Of a stretch of 64,000 nucleotides of DNA, positions 17,922 through 27,803 are shown one piece after another. Position 1 is the first letter of the stretch. The number at the start of each line of letters is the position of its first letter. The DNA lies in assembly GCF_022402485.1 (NCBI RefSeq), contig NZ_JAKRSA010000015.1, forward strand, positions 49,270 through 113,269, given 5' to 3'. Source of the DNA: Phenylobacterium sp. GTDB lineage: Bacteria > Pseudomonadota > Alphaproteobacteria > Caulobacterales > Caulobacteraceae. The notes beneath the pieces are model-generated. The model searched no databases and was not told the DNA's origin. It saw only the letters and a list, made by a program, of their open reading frames with translations. Both the position numbers and the translations under genes were made by a program.

Positions 17922-19247
17922 ATGACCCAGTCGCGCTTTCGCAAGGTGCCGTCCTCTCGGGCGGCCCGGCTGGCGTTCTTTGGCCAGATGGCCGGCGGGG
18001 TGGCCGGCGGCATGATCGCCGAGGGGGCCCGGCGGCTGGCCAGCGGCCAGCGGCCCCAGCTGTCGGACCTGCTGCTGACCCCAGGCAACGCCCTGCGTGT
18101 GACCGAGCAGCTGTCTCGCCTGCGTGGTGCGGCCATGAAACTGGGTCAGATGATTTCCATGGATGCCGGTGATCTGCTGCCAGCCGAGCTGACCACGATC
18201 CTCGCCCGCCTGCGGGACGCAGCACATTTCATGCCGCAGGGCCAGCTGAATGCGGCCCTGGCGAAGGCCTGGGGACCGGATTGGCGCCCCCGTTTCGCCA
18301 GCTTTGACATGACCCCTATCGCGGCGGCCTCCATCGGTCAGGTGCACCGGGCGACCCTGCCAGATGGTCGGGTCTTGGCGATCAAGGTGCAGTATCCCGG
18401 CGTGGCCGCCAGCATCGACGCCGACGTGGACAATGTGGCGGGTCTGCTGCGGCTGACCGGGCTTTTGCCTGACGGTCTGGACATCGGACCGCTGCTGGCG
18501 GAGGCCAAGCGCCAGCTGCACGAGGAGGCCGACTATGGGCGCGAGGCCGAGCAGATGCGCCGCTACCGGGCCTTCCTCGGACAGGACCGGGCGTTTGTCT
18601 TGCCATCGCCGGTGGACGACCTGTGCGCCGACGGGGTCCTGGCTATGGACTTCATCCCGGGCCAGCCCATCGAAGCCCTGCTGACCGCCCCCCAGACCCG
18701 GCGCGATGGGGCCATGGCCGCCCTGGCCAGGCTCACCCTGCGAGAGCTGTTTGAATTCGGCTATATGCAGACCGACCCCAGCTTCGCCAACTATCGCTGG
18801 CAGGCTGAAACCGGACGGATCGTGCTGCTGGATTTCGGCGCGGCCATGGCTGTGCCCCCGGCCACCGCCCAGGCCTATCGCCGTCTGGCGCAGGCGGGAC
18901 TGGCGCAGGATCATGCGGCCGTGCGCACAGGCTTGCTGGACGCCGGCTTTGTCTCCCAAGCGACCCTGGAGCGCCAAGGCCTGGCCACCGACGCGGTGAT
19001 CGAGGTCCTGCTGGAACGGCTGGGCCGGCCAGGACTGTTTGACTTCGCTGACCGGGCCTTTGTCGAGGAGGTGCGCCGCAACGCCGAGGCCATCGGGGCT
19101 GATCGCGGCGCCTGGCATGTGCCCCCGGCCAGCACCCTGTTTATTCAGCGCAAGGTCACGGGCATGGCCCTGCTGGCCATGCGGATGCAGGTCCGCCTTC
19201 CCCTGCGCGAGATGGTGTCGGGCTTCGTCAATGCGCCGTTGGTCTGA
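17922..19247 (+). CDS. AarF/ABC1/UbiB family atypical kinase
   Basis: RGAAMKLGQ, IAAASIGQVHRA, IKVQYPGV, EEADY, MQTDPSFANY, LLDFGA. ATG at 17922; the ORF track starts at GTG 17805. Confidence 0.9.
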   Translation: MTQSRFRKVPSSRAARLAFFGQMAGGVAGGMIAEGARRLASGQRPQLSDLLLTPGNALRVTEQLSRLRGAAMKLGQMISMDAGDLLPAELTTILARLRDAAHFMPQGQLNAALAKAWGPDWRPRFASFDMTPIAAASIGQVHRATLPDGRVLAIKVQYPGVAASIDADVDNVAGLLRLTGLLPDGLDIGPLLAEAKRQLHEEADYGREAEQMRRYRAFLGQDRAFVLPSPVDDLCADGVLAMDFIPGQPIEALLTAPQTRRDGAMAALARLTLRELFEFGYMQTDPSFANYRWQAETGRIVLLDFGAAMAVPPATAQAYRRLAQAGLAQDHAAVRTGLLDAGFVSQATLERQGLATDAVIEVLLERLGRPGLFDFADRAFVEEVRRNAEAIGADRGAWHVPPASTLFIQRKVTGMALLAMRMQVRLPLREMVSGFVNAPLV

Positions 19248-19282
19248 GCCGACTCGCCGCCAGAACAGAGCCAGAGGCCCCC

Positions 19283-19456
19283 ATGCCCCGGATGCGACAG
19301 AAGTCCGACCTGCCCACCAGGGTCTGCGTCACCTGCGCCCGGCCGTTCAGCTGGCGGCGCAAGTGGGCCAAGGACTGGGACCAGGTGAAGTACTGCTCAG
19401 ACCGTTGCAGGGCGGCCAGGCCCGGCCAAGGTCCAACCGACCGGCAGGGGGAATGA
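19283..19456 (+). CDS. DUF2256 family small protein (57 aa)
   Basis: Manual translation: MPRMRQKSDLPTRVCVTCARPFSWRRKWAKDWDQVKYCSDRCR...; below the ORF-track size cut-off. Confidence 0.88.
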   Translation: MPRMRQKSDLPTRVCVTCARPFSWRRKWAKDWDQVKYCSDRCRAARPGQGPTDRQGE

Positions 19457-19477
19457 TCGATTGAGGTGGGGCGCGTC

Positions 19478-20182
19478 CTAGAGCAGGCGGCGCATCTCCG
19501 GCGTCATCAGCTGTTCCCGGGGACTTTCGCGCACCTCATAGGCCCAGGCCTCGGGCAACTCCGCCAGCAGCGCCTTGCCTGGCCCCTCCAGGTTCAGCCA
19601 CTCCAGACCTTCCGCCAGACTAAGCGTCGGCGGCGCGCGGTCATGGAAGGGGACGATATCGGCGGGCGCAGGGCCGGTGACAAAGGCGAAGCTCTCCAAG
19701 CCACCCGGCAGGTCCTGTGGTTCGGACCGCTCCCAGAGGCCAGCAAAGACCCGCACGTCGTCCCCGGCCCAGGCGATTTCGTGGCGGGTCTTGGGACGCC
19801 CCTTTTTCCAGCCTTCGGGTTCGGAGTACTCAATGAAGCTGGTCAGGGGTACGAGGCAGCGCCGGCGTCGATAGGCCTCCCGGAAGGTCGGGGCGGTGTC
19901 TACCGTCTCGATCCGGGCATTGGTGCAGAGGTTCCGCCAGGCGTTGAGCGGCCCCCGGTGGAAGGCGGGGACCAACCACCAGCGCATCTCCAGTCCCTCC
20001 AGACCGGCGGCCGGATCGGCCGGATCCAGGGCCCGCAGGACGGTGGTACGATCGGTGGGCCGGATCGGATCCTCCAGGTCACGGTTGGGTTCGGCGTCGG
20101 CCCAGGTGATCGGGATATTGATCTCGGAGAAACGCTCGGTGAGCGACCCGCGGGCGACCCGTTTCTGATACTCATTGCACAT
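19478..20182 (-). CDS. SOS response-associated peptidase (SRAP/YedK/HMCES)
   Basis: N-terminal Cys2 (MCNEY), TNARIETV, FREAYRRRRCLVP, FIEY, FAGLW, HDRAP. Confidence 0.9.
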   Translation of the reverse strand: MCNEYQKRVARGSLTERFSEINIPITWADAEPNRDLEDPIRPTDRTTVLRALDPADPAAGLEGLEMRWWLVPAFHRGPLNAWRNLCTNARIETVDTAPTFREAYRRRRCLVPLTSFIEYSEPEGWKKGRPKTRHEIAWAGDDVRVFAGLWERSEPQDLPGGLESFAFVTGPAPADIVPFHDRAPPTLSLAEGLEWLNLEGPGKALLAELPEAWAYEVRESPREQLMTPEMRRLL

Positions 20183-20209
20183 GGTCGGGCCAGGCCTTCA
20201 GGGGCAGCA

Positions 20210-20821
20210 TCAGGCGCGCCGCGCGGTCTCGATGATCACCGGCTTCTTCAGCCACTGGTCTTTCTGTTCGACGAACTTGGTCTCGCCGCCGGTGGGCTGG
20301 GCGAGGATCTTCTGAGCGTTGGACAGGCCAGACACGACCTTGCCGAAGACGGCGTAACCGAGGTTGTCCCCAGGTTCGCCCGGCTGGGCGTCGAGGAAGG
20401 TCTGGTCGCCCAGGCAGATGAAAAACGTGTTGGTCGCCGTGCCAGGCGCAAACCGCCCGAGCGAGATCGCACCATGAACGTGACTTAGCCCCGTCATGGT
20501 GGTGCTCTCGTGCCGGATCGGCGCGAAAGGCCGGGACTTGGCCGGCGGCTGAGCGACGATGGTGCCCTGGGTGGGGGCCCAGTCGTTGCGGGCGGCCCGG
20601 AAGAAGCTGCCCCCATCATAGGCCTTGGCATCCACATAACGCAGGAAGTTGGCGCTGGTCAGCGGTGCCCGCTTGTCCTCGAGTTCGATGGTGATCGGGC
20701 CAAGGCTGGTCATCATCCGCACCCTGGGCTTTGCCCCCTGGGCCAACACCATCTGCGGGGCGGCCATGACGAGGCCCGCGCCAAGAAGCAGGCTTCGACG
20801 GGGAAGGGACGATGAGGACAT
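20210..20821 (-). CDS. Cyclophilin-type peptidyl-prolyl isomerase, exported
   Basis: ITIELEDKRAPLTSANFLRYV, FFR, GYAVFGKVVSG; PRRSLLLG signal. Confidence 0.85.
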   Translation of the reverse strand: MSSSSLPRRSLLLGAGLVMAAPQMVLAQGAKPRVRMMTSLGPITIELEDKRAPLTSANFLRYVDAKAYDGGSFFRAARNDWAPTQGTIVAQPPAKSRPFAPIRHESTTMTGLSHVHGAISLGRFAPGTATNTFFICLGDQTFLDAQPGEPGDNLGYAVFGKVVSGLSNAQKILAQPTGGETKFVEQKDQWLKKPVIIETARRA

Positions 20822-20928
20822 GGCGGCTCCTGCGATTGAGGTCACCAGCCTAACGCCCGTTGGCAGAAAGTGGGACCCGGATTAGCGGGAGCCGCCAGGT
20901 TCCTCCACATCGCCTTTGAGGAAGCCGT

Positions 20929-21474
20929 CTAGACGCCGCTGAGCGCCAGGCCTGGGGCGTCCGGGGCGCAGGTTACGCCGCCGTTCAGCGTCTTCTGCAT
21001 CCAGACGATGTCCACCCAGCGGCCGTGCTTGTAGCCAAGACCTTGGGCGGTGCCCAGGTGGGTGAAGCCGAGCGCGCTGTGCAGGCCGATGGAGCCGGCA
21101 TTCTGTGAATCCCCGATCACCGCCATCATCTGGCGGATGCCGATGGCCTCGCAGGCCGCGATCACGGCCGTTAGAACCGCCCGGCCCACCCCGCGTCCTT
21201 GGGCGTCGGGCGCCACATAGACGCTGTCCTCCACCGTGTAGCGATAGGCCGCCCGCAGGCGGAAGGGGCCGGCATAGGCATAGCCCAGCACCGCGCCGGC
21301 CTCCTCGGCCAACAGATAGGGCAAGCCCCGTCCCACGATGGACTCACGGCGCTGGTTCAGCTCCTGAGCCGAAGGCGGGACCTCCTCGAAGGTGCCAAAG
21401 CCATGCAAGACGTGGTGGCCGTAAATCTCGGCCAGGGCGGCCATGTCGGAGGCGTCAGCCGGGCGGACAATCAT
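20929..21474 (-). CDS. GNAT N-acetyltransferase (phosphinothricin/MddA-like)
   Basis: TFEEVPP, GYAYAGPFRLRAAYRYTVEDSVYV, QGRGVG, GYKHGRWVD; ATG 21474 coupled to the ptrB stop. Confidence 0.9.
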   Translation of the reverse strand: MIVRPADASDMAALAEIYGHHVLHGFGTFEEVPPSAQELNQRRESIVGRGLPYLLAEEAGAVLGYAYAGPFRLRAAYRYTVEDSVYVAPDAQGRGVGRAVLTAVIAACEAIGIRQMMAVIGDSQNAGSIGLHSALGFTHLGTAQGLGYKHGRWVDIVWMQKTLNGGVTCAPDAPGLALSGV

Positions 21475-23558
21475 TGGGCCCAATCCTTGTCGAGCGCCCA
21501 GACGGCAAAGGCGTAGTCGAGCGCAATCTCCTTCAGGAAATCGAACCGACCTGAGGCCCCGCCATGGCCGGCCTCCATATTGATCTTCAGCAGGATGGGC
21601 GCCGCGCCTGTGGTCTGGTCGCGCAGCCGCGCCACCCACTTGGCCGGCTCCCAATAGGTGACCCGAGGGTCTGACAGACCGCCGGTGGCCAGGATCGGCG
21701 GATAGGCCTTTGGGCTCACCTGATCATAGGGGCTGTAGCTGGCGATGGTGTCATAGGCCTGCGCGTCGGTGAGGGGATTGCCCCACTCAGGCCATTCGGG
21801 CGGGGTCAGAGGTAGGCTCGCATCGCTCATGGTGTTGAGCACGTCGACAAATGGGACCGCCGCAATGATCGCCCCCCAGAGGTCGGGGCGCATATTGGCC
21901 ACCGCGCCCATGAGCATCCCCCCGGCCGAGCCGCCATAGGCCGCAATCTGCCCTTTTGTGGCGTAGTTCTCCGCCACCAGATGTTCAGCGCAGGCGATGA
22001 AGTCGATGAAGGTATTGGTCTTCTTCGCCTTACGGCCGTCCATGAACCAGCCCCAGCCCTTGTCCGAACCGCCGCGGATATGGGCCGTGGCCCAGATCCA
22101 GCCCCGGTCCACTAGGGAGAGATTGCGGATGGAGAAACTGGCGTCCATGGCGTGGCCATAGGAGCCATAGCCGTAGAGCAGGAGCGGCGCGGACCCATCA
22201 ACGGGGGTGTCGCGGCGCATCAGCAGGGTGATCGGCACCTCTTCCCCATCGGCGGCTTTGGCATAGAGCCTGCGGGCCACATAGGCGTCCGGGTCGTGGC
22301 CGGACGGAACCTCCTGTGTTTTGCGCAAGCTCCGCTGGCGGGTGGCCATGTCATAGTCGAACCACTGCCGGGGCGTGGTGGGCGACTGATAGACGAAACG
22401 GGTCACGGTGGTGTCGTATTCCAGGCCGCCCTCCAGGTGCAGGGCGTAGGCCTCTTCCTCGAACCCCACGATGTGTTCCTCGCCATCTCGGGTCATCACC
22501 GCCATCTGGTCGAGGGCATTGACCCGCTCCAGTCGCACCAGATGGCCGGCATAGGCAGCAAAGCCCGTGATGTAGCGGCCTGGCTGATGGGGCACAAAGT
22601 CACGCCAGCTGGCGCGGACAGGCAGGGGTTCGGGAGAGACGCACAGCTTGAAGTCCACGGCCCCGTCAGCATTGGTGCGGATCACCCAGCGGTCGCTCCA
22701 ATGGTCGGCTTCATAGCGCAGGCCGGTGGTGCGGGGTTCGATGCAGACCGGGGCGGCGGCGGGGTCGCCTGCTGGAATGACCCAGATCTCAGTGGTTTCC
22801 TGGTCGCCCACATGGATGACCACATGGCTGTCATCAGAGGTCGTCCCGACCCCCAGGAACATGCCCTCGTCCTTTTCCTCATAGACCAGCACATCAGCCC
22901 CGCCTCGGGCCGGCCGGCGGAAGACCTTGGCCGGGCGGGCGTTCTCATCCCGCCAGATCCAGAACAACCATTGTGAATCCGGCGAGAAGGTGAAGTCGCC
23001 ATAGGCGCTTTCCATGGCACCCGGCAGGTCTTCGCCGGTGACCAGATCGCGGACGCGGACCGTGTAGTATTCCGACCCCTGCTCATCGGCGGCCCAGGCA
23101 TAGAGCCTGTGGTCGGGGCTATGGCTGGCACCGCCCACCTGGAAATAGGCCTTGCCCTTGGCCAGGGTCTCCTCGTCCAGGAGGATTTCCTCACCGACGT
23201 CACCGCCCCGGGGGCGGCGGGCCCGGATCGGGTGCTGGGCCCCTTCCTGGTAGCGGACATAGTATTCCCAGGGGCCGTCGGGGGCCGGGACGCTGGAGTC
23301 GTCTTCCTTGATCCGCCCCTTCATCTCGGCGAACAGGTCAGCCTGCAGGGCCTTGGTCCCCGCCAGCATGGCTTCGGTATAGGCGTTTTCCGCCTTCAGG
23401 TGCTCGGCGATGTCGGGTCGGAGGGTCGCAGGATCACGCAGGACTTTCTGCCAGTTTTCATCCTTCATCCAGGCATAGTCATCGGTGCGGCGGCGACCCA
23501 GTTGGTCCAGGGTCGTTGGCTGTTTGTGGGCGATCGGCGGGGTGGGGCGCTGGGTCAT
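21471..23558 (-). CDS. ptrB: Oligopeptidase B (S9A)
   Basis: DDYAWMKD, LLLYGYGSYG, GGSAGG, WPEWGNP, DPRVTYWEPAKW, GHGGASGR. Confidence 0.94.
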   Translation of the reverse strand: MTQRPTPPIAHKQPTTLDQLGRRRTDDYAWMKDENWQKVLRDPATLRPDIAEHLKAENAYTEAMLAGTKALQADLFAEMKGRIKEDDSSVPAPDGPWEYYVRYQEGAQHPIRARRPRGGDVGEEILLDEETLAKGKAYFQVGGASHSPDHRLYAWAADEQGSEYYTVRVRDLVTGEDLPGAMESAYGDFTFSPDSQWLFWIWRDENARPAKVFRRPARGGADVLVYEEKDEGMFLGVGTTSDDSHVVIHVGDQETTEIWVIPAGDPAAAPVCIEPRTTGLRYEADHWSDRWVIRTNADGAVDFKLCVSPEPLPVRASWRDFVPHQPGRYITGFAAYAGHLVRLERVNALDQMAVMTRDGEEHIVGFEEEAYALHLEGGLEYDTTVTRFVYQSPTTPRQWFDYDMATRQRSLRKTQEVPSGHDPDAYVARRLYAKAADGEEVPITLLMRRDTPVDGSAPLLLYGYGSYGHAMDASFSIRNLSLVDRGWIWATAHIRGGSDKGWGWFMDGRKAKKTNTFIDFIACAEHLVAENYATKGQIAAYGGSAGGMLMGAVANMRPDLWGAIIAAVPFVDVLNTMSDASLPLTPPEWPEWGNPLTDAQAYDTIASYSPYDQVSPKAYPPILATGGLSDPRVTYWEPAKWVARLRDQTTGAAPILLKINMEAGHGGASGRFDFLKEIALDYAFAVWALDKDWAQ

Positions 23559-23716
23559 CTGCGCTAGATGCGACGAACAGCGTCGTCTCTCAAGACGCGG
23601 TATGTCATATGCCCCGGGTAACGGGGCGCAAAGGGCGTCGTCCCGCCATCTTGTCCCGCGCGGGCAGGTCTGGTTTCACTGGGTCCTGTTAAGCCTCAAC
23701 CCTTCGAAGGGCGTCC

Positions 23717-24550
23717 ATGATCGCCGATCTTGCCGTCGAGCTGATGCATGCCACCGTTCAGATCGAACAGCCCCTGGGCGACGGCACCCGCACGGTCGGC
23801 ACGGGCTTTCTGATCAACGCCCCGACCCCCGATGGCCAGCCGCGCACCGTTCTGGTGACCGCCAGCCACGTGCTGCAGCGCATGCCGGGTGCTCAGGCCC
23901 GTATCGGCTACCGCATCGCCAACGCCGATGGCAGCTGGAGCTATGCCCCTCAGAGTTTCGAAATCCGCGACGCCGAAGGTGCGCCCCGATGGACGCAGCA
24001 CCCCAGCCGGGATGTGGCCGCCATTACCATTACTGCGCCGCCGGCCTTCGCCAGGGCGGCCATTCCCACCGACTGGTTGGCCCGGGACGAGACCTTCGCC
24101 ACCTATGCGGTGGGGGCCGGCGATCAGATGATGGCCCTGGGCTTTCCGCGAGGCCTGTCGGCCAATCCGGCAGGATTTCCCATCCTGAGAGCTGGCCGGG
24201 TCGCCTCATTCCCCCTGGCGCCGGTCACGGCCTTTCCCACCTTCCTGCTCGATTTCACGGTCTTCCCCGGCAATTCTGGTGGGCCGGTGTTCATGGCTGA
24301 AGGTCTGCGTCGCCGGCCTGGCGGTGGGGAGACCCAGGAGGTCCAGTTCATCGCTGGCCTGCTCACCCAGCAGGTGGAGCTGAAACGCGAGCGGCTGGAA
24401 ATCGGGATCGTCACCCACGCCCGCTACATCCACGAGACCCTATCCCTGTTGGATGATCCCCAAGCCGAGGTGTCGGTGGCCCAGGTTGATGCCGGTGTTG
24501 GCGGGGCCAGGGCGGTGTCGGCGCTCGAGGCGGTGTCGCCCGACCATTGA
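23717..24550 (+). CDS. Trypsin-like serine protease
   Basis: GTGFL, LVTASHV (His), RDVA (Asp), PGNSGGPV (Ser). Confidence 0.85.
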   Translation: MIADLAVELMHATVQIEQPLGDGTRTVGTGFLINAPTPDGQPRTVLVTASHVLQRMPGAQARIGYRIANADGSWSYAPQSFEIRDAEGAPRWTQHPSRDVAAITITAPPAFARAAIPTDWLARDETFATYAVGAGDQMMALGFPRGLSANPAGFPILRAGRVASFPLAPVTAFPTFLLDFTVFPGNSGGPVFMAEGLRRRPGGGETQEVQFIAGLLTQQVELKRERLEIGIVTHARYIHETLSLLDDPQAEVSVAQVDAGVGGARAVSALEAVSPDH

Positions 24551-24575
24551 GCCTTGGCCATCTGCGGCCAAAGAA

Positions 24576-24603
24576 AAAGGCCCGCGCCGAAACGCGGGCC
24601 TTT
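24576..24603. terminator. Bidirectional intrinsic terminator between convergent genes
   Basis: AAAGGCCCGCG-ccgaaa-CGCGGGCCTTT. Confidence 0.8.
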
Positions 24604-24622
24604 CGCAGCAAAAACGCCTGAT

Positions 24623-25072
24623 TTAGGCGCCGTAGACCACCGAAATGGTCTCGGCCACGCAGGCGGGTTTGTCCTCGCCCTCGATCTCGATGGTGCACTC
24701 GTTCTTCAGCTGAAAGCCGCCAGCCTTGGGCTCGGCGCCGATCAGCTTCTGGCGCATGCGCACCCGCTTACCCACGCGGACCATGTTGATGAAGCGCACC
24801 TTGTCCGAGCCATAGTTGATGCCCCGGGTCACGCCCTTGATGGGCAGCATGCCGCCCCCCAGGAAGGGGATCAGGGACAGGGTCAGGTAGCCGTGGGCGA
24901 TTGGGCCGCCGATTTCCTTAGTGGCCCGCTCCACGTCCACATGGATCCACTGATGGTCGCCGGTGGCTTCGGCGAACTGGTTGACCCGCTCCTGGGTGAT
25001 CTCAACCCAGTCCGACACGCCGACTTCCTGGCCGACCAGGCCGGGCAGATCCTTGAATTCCACCGGGTTCAT
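24623..25072 (-). CDS. MaoC-family dehydratase
   Basis: FAEATGDHQWIHVD, IAHGYLTLSL, NYGSDKVRF. Confidence 0.92.
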   Translation of the reverse strand: MNPVEFKDLPGLVGQEVGVSDWVEITQERVNQFAEATGDHQWIHVDVERATKEIGGPIAHGYLTLSLIPFLGGGMLPIKGVTRGINYGSDKVRFINMVRVGKRVRMRQKLIGAEPKAGGFQLKNECTIEIEGEDKPACVAETISVVYGA

Positions 25073-25166
25073 CGCTTGCTCCCTCGAGTTTCAAAACAGG
25101 TGTTCGGGTCTATCACCTCGTGCGGCGTGGGCAAGGGTGCAGCGCGCGCCCCTGGCCTGCCGGGGC

Positions 25167-26705
25167 TCAGACGATCTTGGAGCCTTCCTTGCCCCAATAG
25201 GCGTCGCGGATCAGCCGCTTATAGAGCTTGCCGGTGGGGTGGCGGGGCAGTTCGGCCATGAAGTCCAGCATGCGGGGCGATTTCACATGGCTGAGATTGG
25301 CCCGGCAGAAGGCCATCAGCTCGGCCCGCAGGTCATCGCCGGCGTCCGCCCAGTTCATGGGCTGGATGACCGCCACGACCTTCTCGCCCATCTCCTCGTC
25401 AGGCGCACCGACCACGGCGGCGTCGGCCACCTTGGGGTGGGTAATCAGCAGGTTTTCCAGCTCCTGGGGATAGATGTTCACCCCACCGGAAATGATCATG
25501 AAGCTCTTGCGGTCGGTGAGGTAGAGGAAGCCGTCCTCGTCCACCCAACCCACATCCCCAAGGGTGGTCCAGCCGTGCTGGTTGGTGTTCTCCGCCACCT
25601 TGTCGGGGGCGTTATGATAGGTCAGGGGCGTGCCGCCGGCGAAATAGACGACGCCCTCGGTGCGCGGCGGCAGGGGTTCGCCGTCATCGCCGCAGATCTT
25701 CACCTCGGCGGTCGTGCCCTTGCCCACCGAGCCCTTGTGCGCCAGCCAGTCATGCGGGCCGATGTAGCAGAAGCCGTTGCCTTCGCTGCCGGCATAGTAC
25801 TCGTGGATGATCGGCCCCCACCACTCCATCATCTGCTCCTTGACCGGGATGGGGCAGGGGGCGGCGGCGTGAACGGCTGACTTCAGGGACGACAGGTCGT
25901 AACGGGTGCGGACTTCAGGCGGCAGCTTCAGCATCCGCACGAAATGGGTGGGGACAAACTGACCGCAGTCGACCTTGTACGTCTCGATCAGGGCGAGGGC
26001 GTGTTCAGGATCAAACTTTTCCATGACCAGCACGGTGCCGCCCAGCCGCTGATAGCCCATGCACCAGCGCAGAGGGGCTGCGTGATAGAGCGGGGCCGGC
26101 GACAGATAGGTGCCGCTCGGGGGGAAGCCGAACATGTGCTCGGCCATCATGGAGAGCACATTGGGGGCGTCGATAGGGCCGCCGGTCAGGGGCGGCTTGA
26201 TCCCCTTGGGTCGGCCAGTGGTGCCCGACGAATAGAGCATGTCTGCCCCGGCGGTTTCATCGGCGATGGGGGTCTCGGGCAGGCTGGCCCTGGCGGCCTC
26301 GAAGCTCTCATAGGGCGCGCGAGCCTCGCCAACCATGTAGAGCTTCAAACCCGGGGCCAGGGCGGGCAGTTCATCGACCACCGGGCCGACGCCGGCTGAG
26401 GTAATCAGCACCTTGGCCGCACAGTCGCCGAGAATGTACTGGATCTCTCCCGCCGTCAGCTTGGACGAGATGCACGCATAGTAGAGCCCGGCGCGCTGGG
26501 CCGCCCAGGCGACCTCGAAGAAGCGCGGGTGATTGTCCAGCAGGATGGCGATCACATCCCCGGCCTTCAGGCCCAGCTGGCGGAACAGGTGCGCCCCCTG
26601 GTTGGAGCGGGCCTCAAGCTGCCCATAGGTGACGGTCTCCCCCGAGCTCGCCATGACATAGGCGGGCCGCTCAGGGTGGGTCTTGGCGTGATGGGACGGA
26701 TGCAT
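25167..26705 (-). CDS. Acyl-CoA synthetase (AMP-binding)
   Basis: YSSGTTGRPKG, YYAGSEG, TLGDVG, DRKSFMIISGGVNIYP, TGKLYK. Confidence 0.93.
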   Translation of the reverse strand: MHPSHHAKTHPERPAYVMASSGETVTYGQLEARSNQGAHLFRQLGLKAGDVIAILLDNHPRFFEVAWAAQRAGLYYACISSKLTAGEIQYILGDCAAKVLITSAGVGPVVDELPALAPGLKLYMVGEARAPYESFEAARASLPETPIADETAGADMLYSSGTTGRPKGIKPPLTGGPIDAPNVLSMMAEHMFGFPPSGTYLSPAPLYHAAPLRWCMGYQRLGGTVLVMEKFDPEHALALIETYKVDCGQFVPTHFVRMLKLPPEVRTRYDLSSLKSAVHAAAPCPIPVKEQMMEWWGPIIHEYYAGSEGNGFCYIGPHDWLAHKGSVGKGTTAEVKICGDDGEPLPPRTEGVVYFAGGTPLTYHNAPDKVAENTNQHGWTTLGDVGWVDEDGFLYLTDRKSFMIISGGVNIYPQELENLLITHPKVADAAVVGAPDEEMGEKVVAVIQPMNWADAGDDLRAELMAFCRANLSHVKSPRMLDFMAELPRHPTGKLYKRLIRDAYWGKEGSKIV

Positions 26706-26851
26706 GGGGGGTTCCTCCAGGGCCTGGGCCTCTTTTCGGGCCTTCGGCGGTGCTCAAATGATCGACTTCGGAACGATCATGCGACGCTTGACCTCCCGTC
26801 CGTCAAGGGCGGCGAAATGGGGAAAATCAAAATCCACGGGAGGACACAGCC

Positions 26852-27745
26852 ATGAGCAAGGCCAGGGACGACGGGTTCGAGACCTTGAAGCTGGAGGTGG
26901 CGGACGGCATTGCACTTCTCACCCTCAATCGACCGGAAAAGCTGAATGCCTTCAATACGGTGATGCTTAAAGAGCTGATCGCAGCCTTCGACGCCACCGA
27001 CGCCGACGATGAGGTGCGGGTGGTGGTGATCACTGGCGCCGGGCGCGGGTTCTGCGCTGGCGCTGACCTTTCGGGGGGGCCATCGACCTTTGACTATGCC
27101 AGCCAGGCAACGGCGGGCCTCGCCCGCAAGGACGAAGGCGGGGTCTATCGTGATGGCGGCGGGCTTGTGTCCTTGCGCATCTTTGAGAGCCTGAAGCCGG
27201 TGATTGCGGCAGTGAACGGGGCGGCCGTCGGGGTGGGGGTGACCATGCAATTGCCCATGGACATCCGGCTGGCCTCTACCGAGGCGAGGTTCGGCTTTGT
27301 TTTTGCCCGTCGGGGCATGAATCCCGAGGCGGCTTCATCCTGGTTCCTGCCCCGGCTGGTGGGCCTGCAGACGGCCCTGGAGTGGTGCTATACCGGCCGC
27401 GTGTTTGGTGCCCAGGAGGCCCTGGATCGCGGCCTGGTCCGCTCGGTTCACGCCCCTGACGAACTCCTGCCCGCCGCCATGACCCTGGCCCGGGAAATCG
27501 CCGATAATGCCGCACCGGTCTCCCTGGCCCTGACCCGCCAGCTGCTCTGGCGGATGGCGGGTGCCGACCATCCCATGGCCGCTCACCGGGCCGACAGCCG
27601 GGCGATCCAGTCGCGGGGTGCCTCTGACGACGCCAAGGAGGGGGTTGGCTCGTTCCTGGAAAAGCGTCCTCCCGTCTTCACCGACAAGGTCTCTGCCGGG
27701 CTTCCCGACATCTGGCCCGGATGGAGCCCACCGGCCTTCTCGTAA
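26852..27745 (+). CDS. Enoyl-CoA hydratase/isomerase (crotonase)
   Basis: LTLNRPEKLNA, FCAGADL, KPVIAAVNGAAVGVG, DAKEGVGSFLEKR. Confidence 0.93.
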   Translation: MSKARDDGFETLKLEVADGIALLTLNRPEKLNAFNTVMLKELIAAFDATDADDEVRVVVITGAGRGFCAGADLSGGPSTFDYASQATAGLARKDEGGVYRDGGGLVSLRIFESLKPVIAAVNGAAVGVGVTMQLPMDIRLASTEARFGFVFARRGMNPEAASSWFLPRLVGLQTALEWCYTGRVFGAQEALDRGLVRSVHAPDELLPAAMTLAREIADNAAPVSLALTRQLLWRMAGADHPMAAHRADSRAIQSRGASDDAKEGVGSFLEKRPPVFTDKVSAGLPDIWPGWSPPAFS

Positions 27746-27803
27746 ATCTCGGGGAGGGGCGCGTTCGCAAACCCATGGTTAACGCCCCTGTGGTGAACTG
27801 CCC

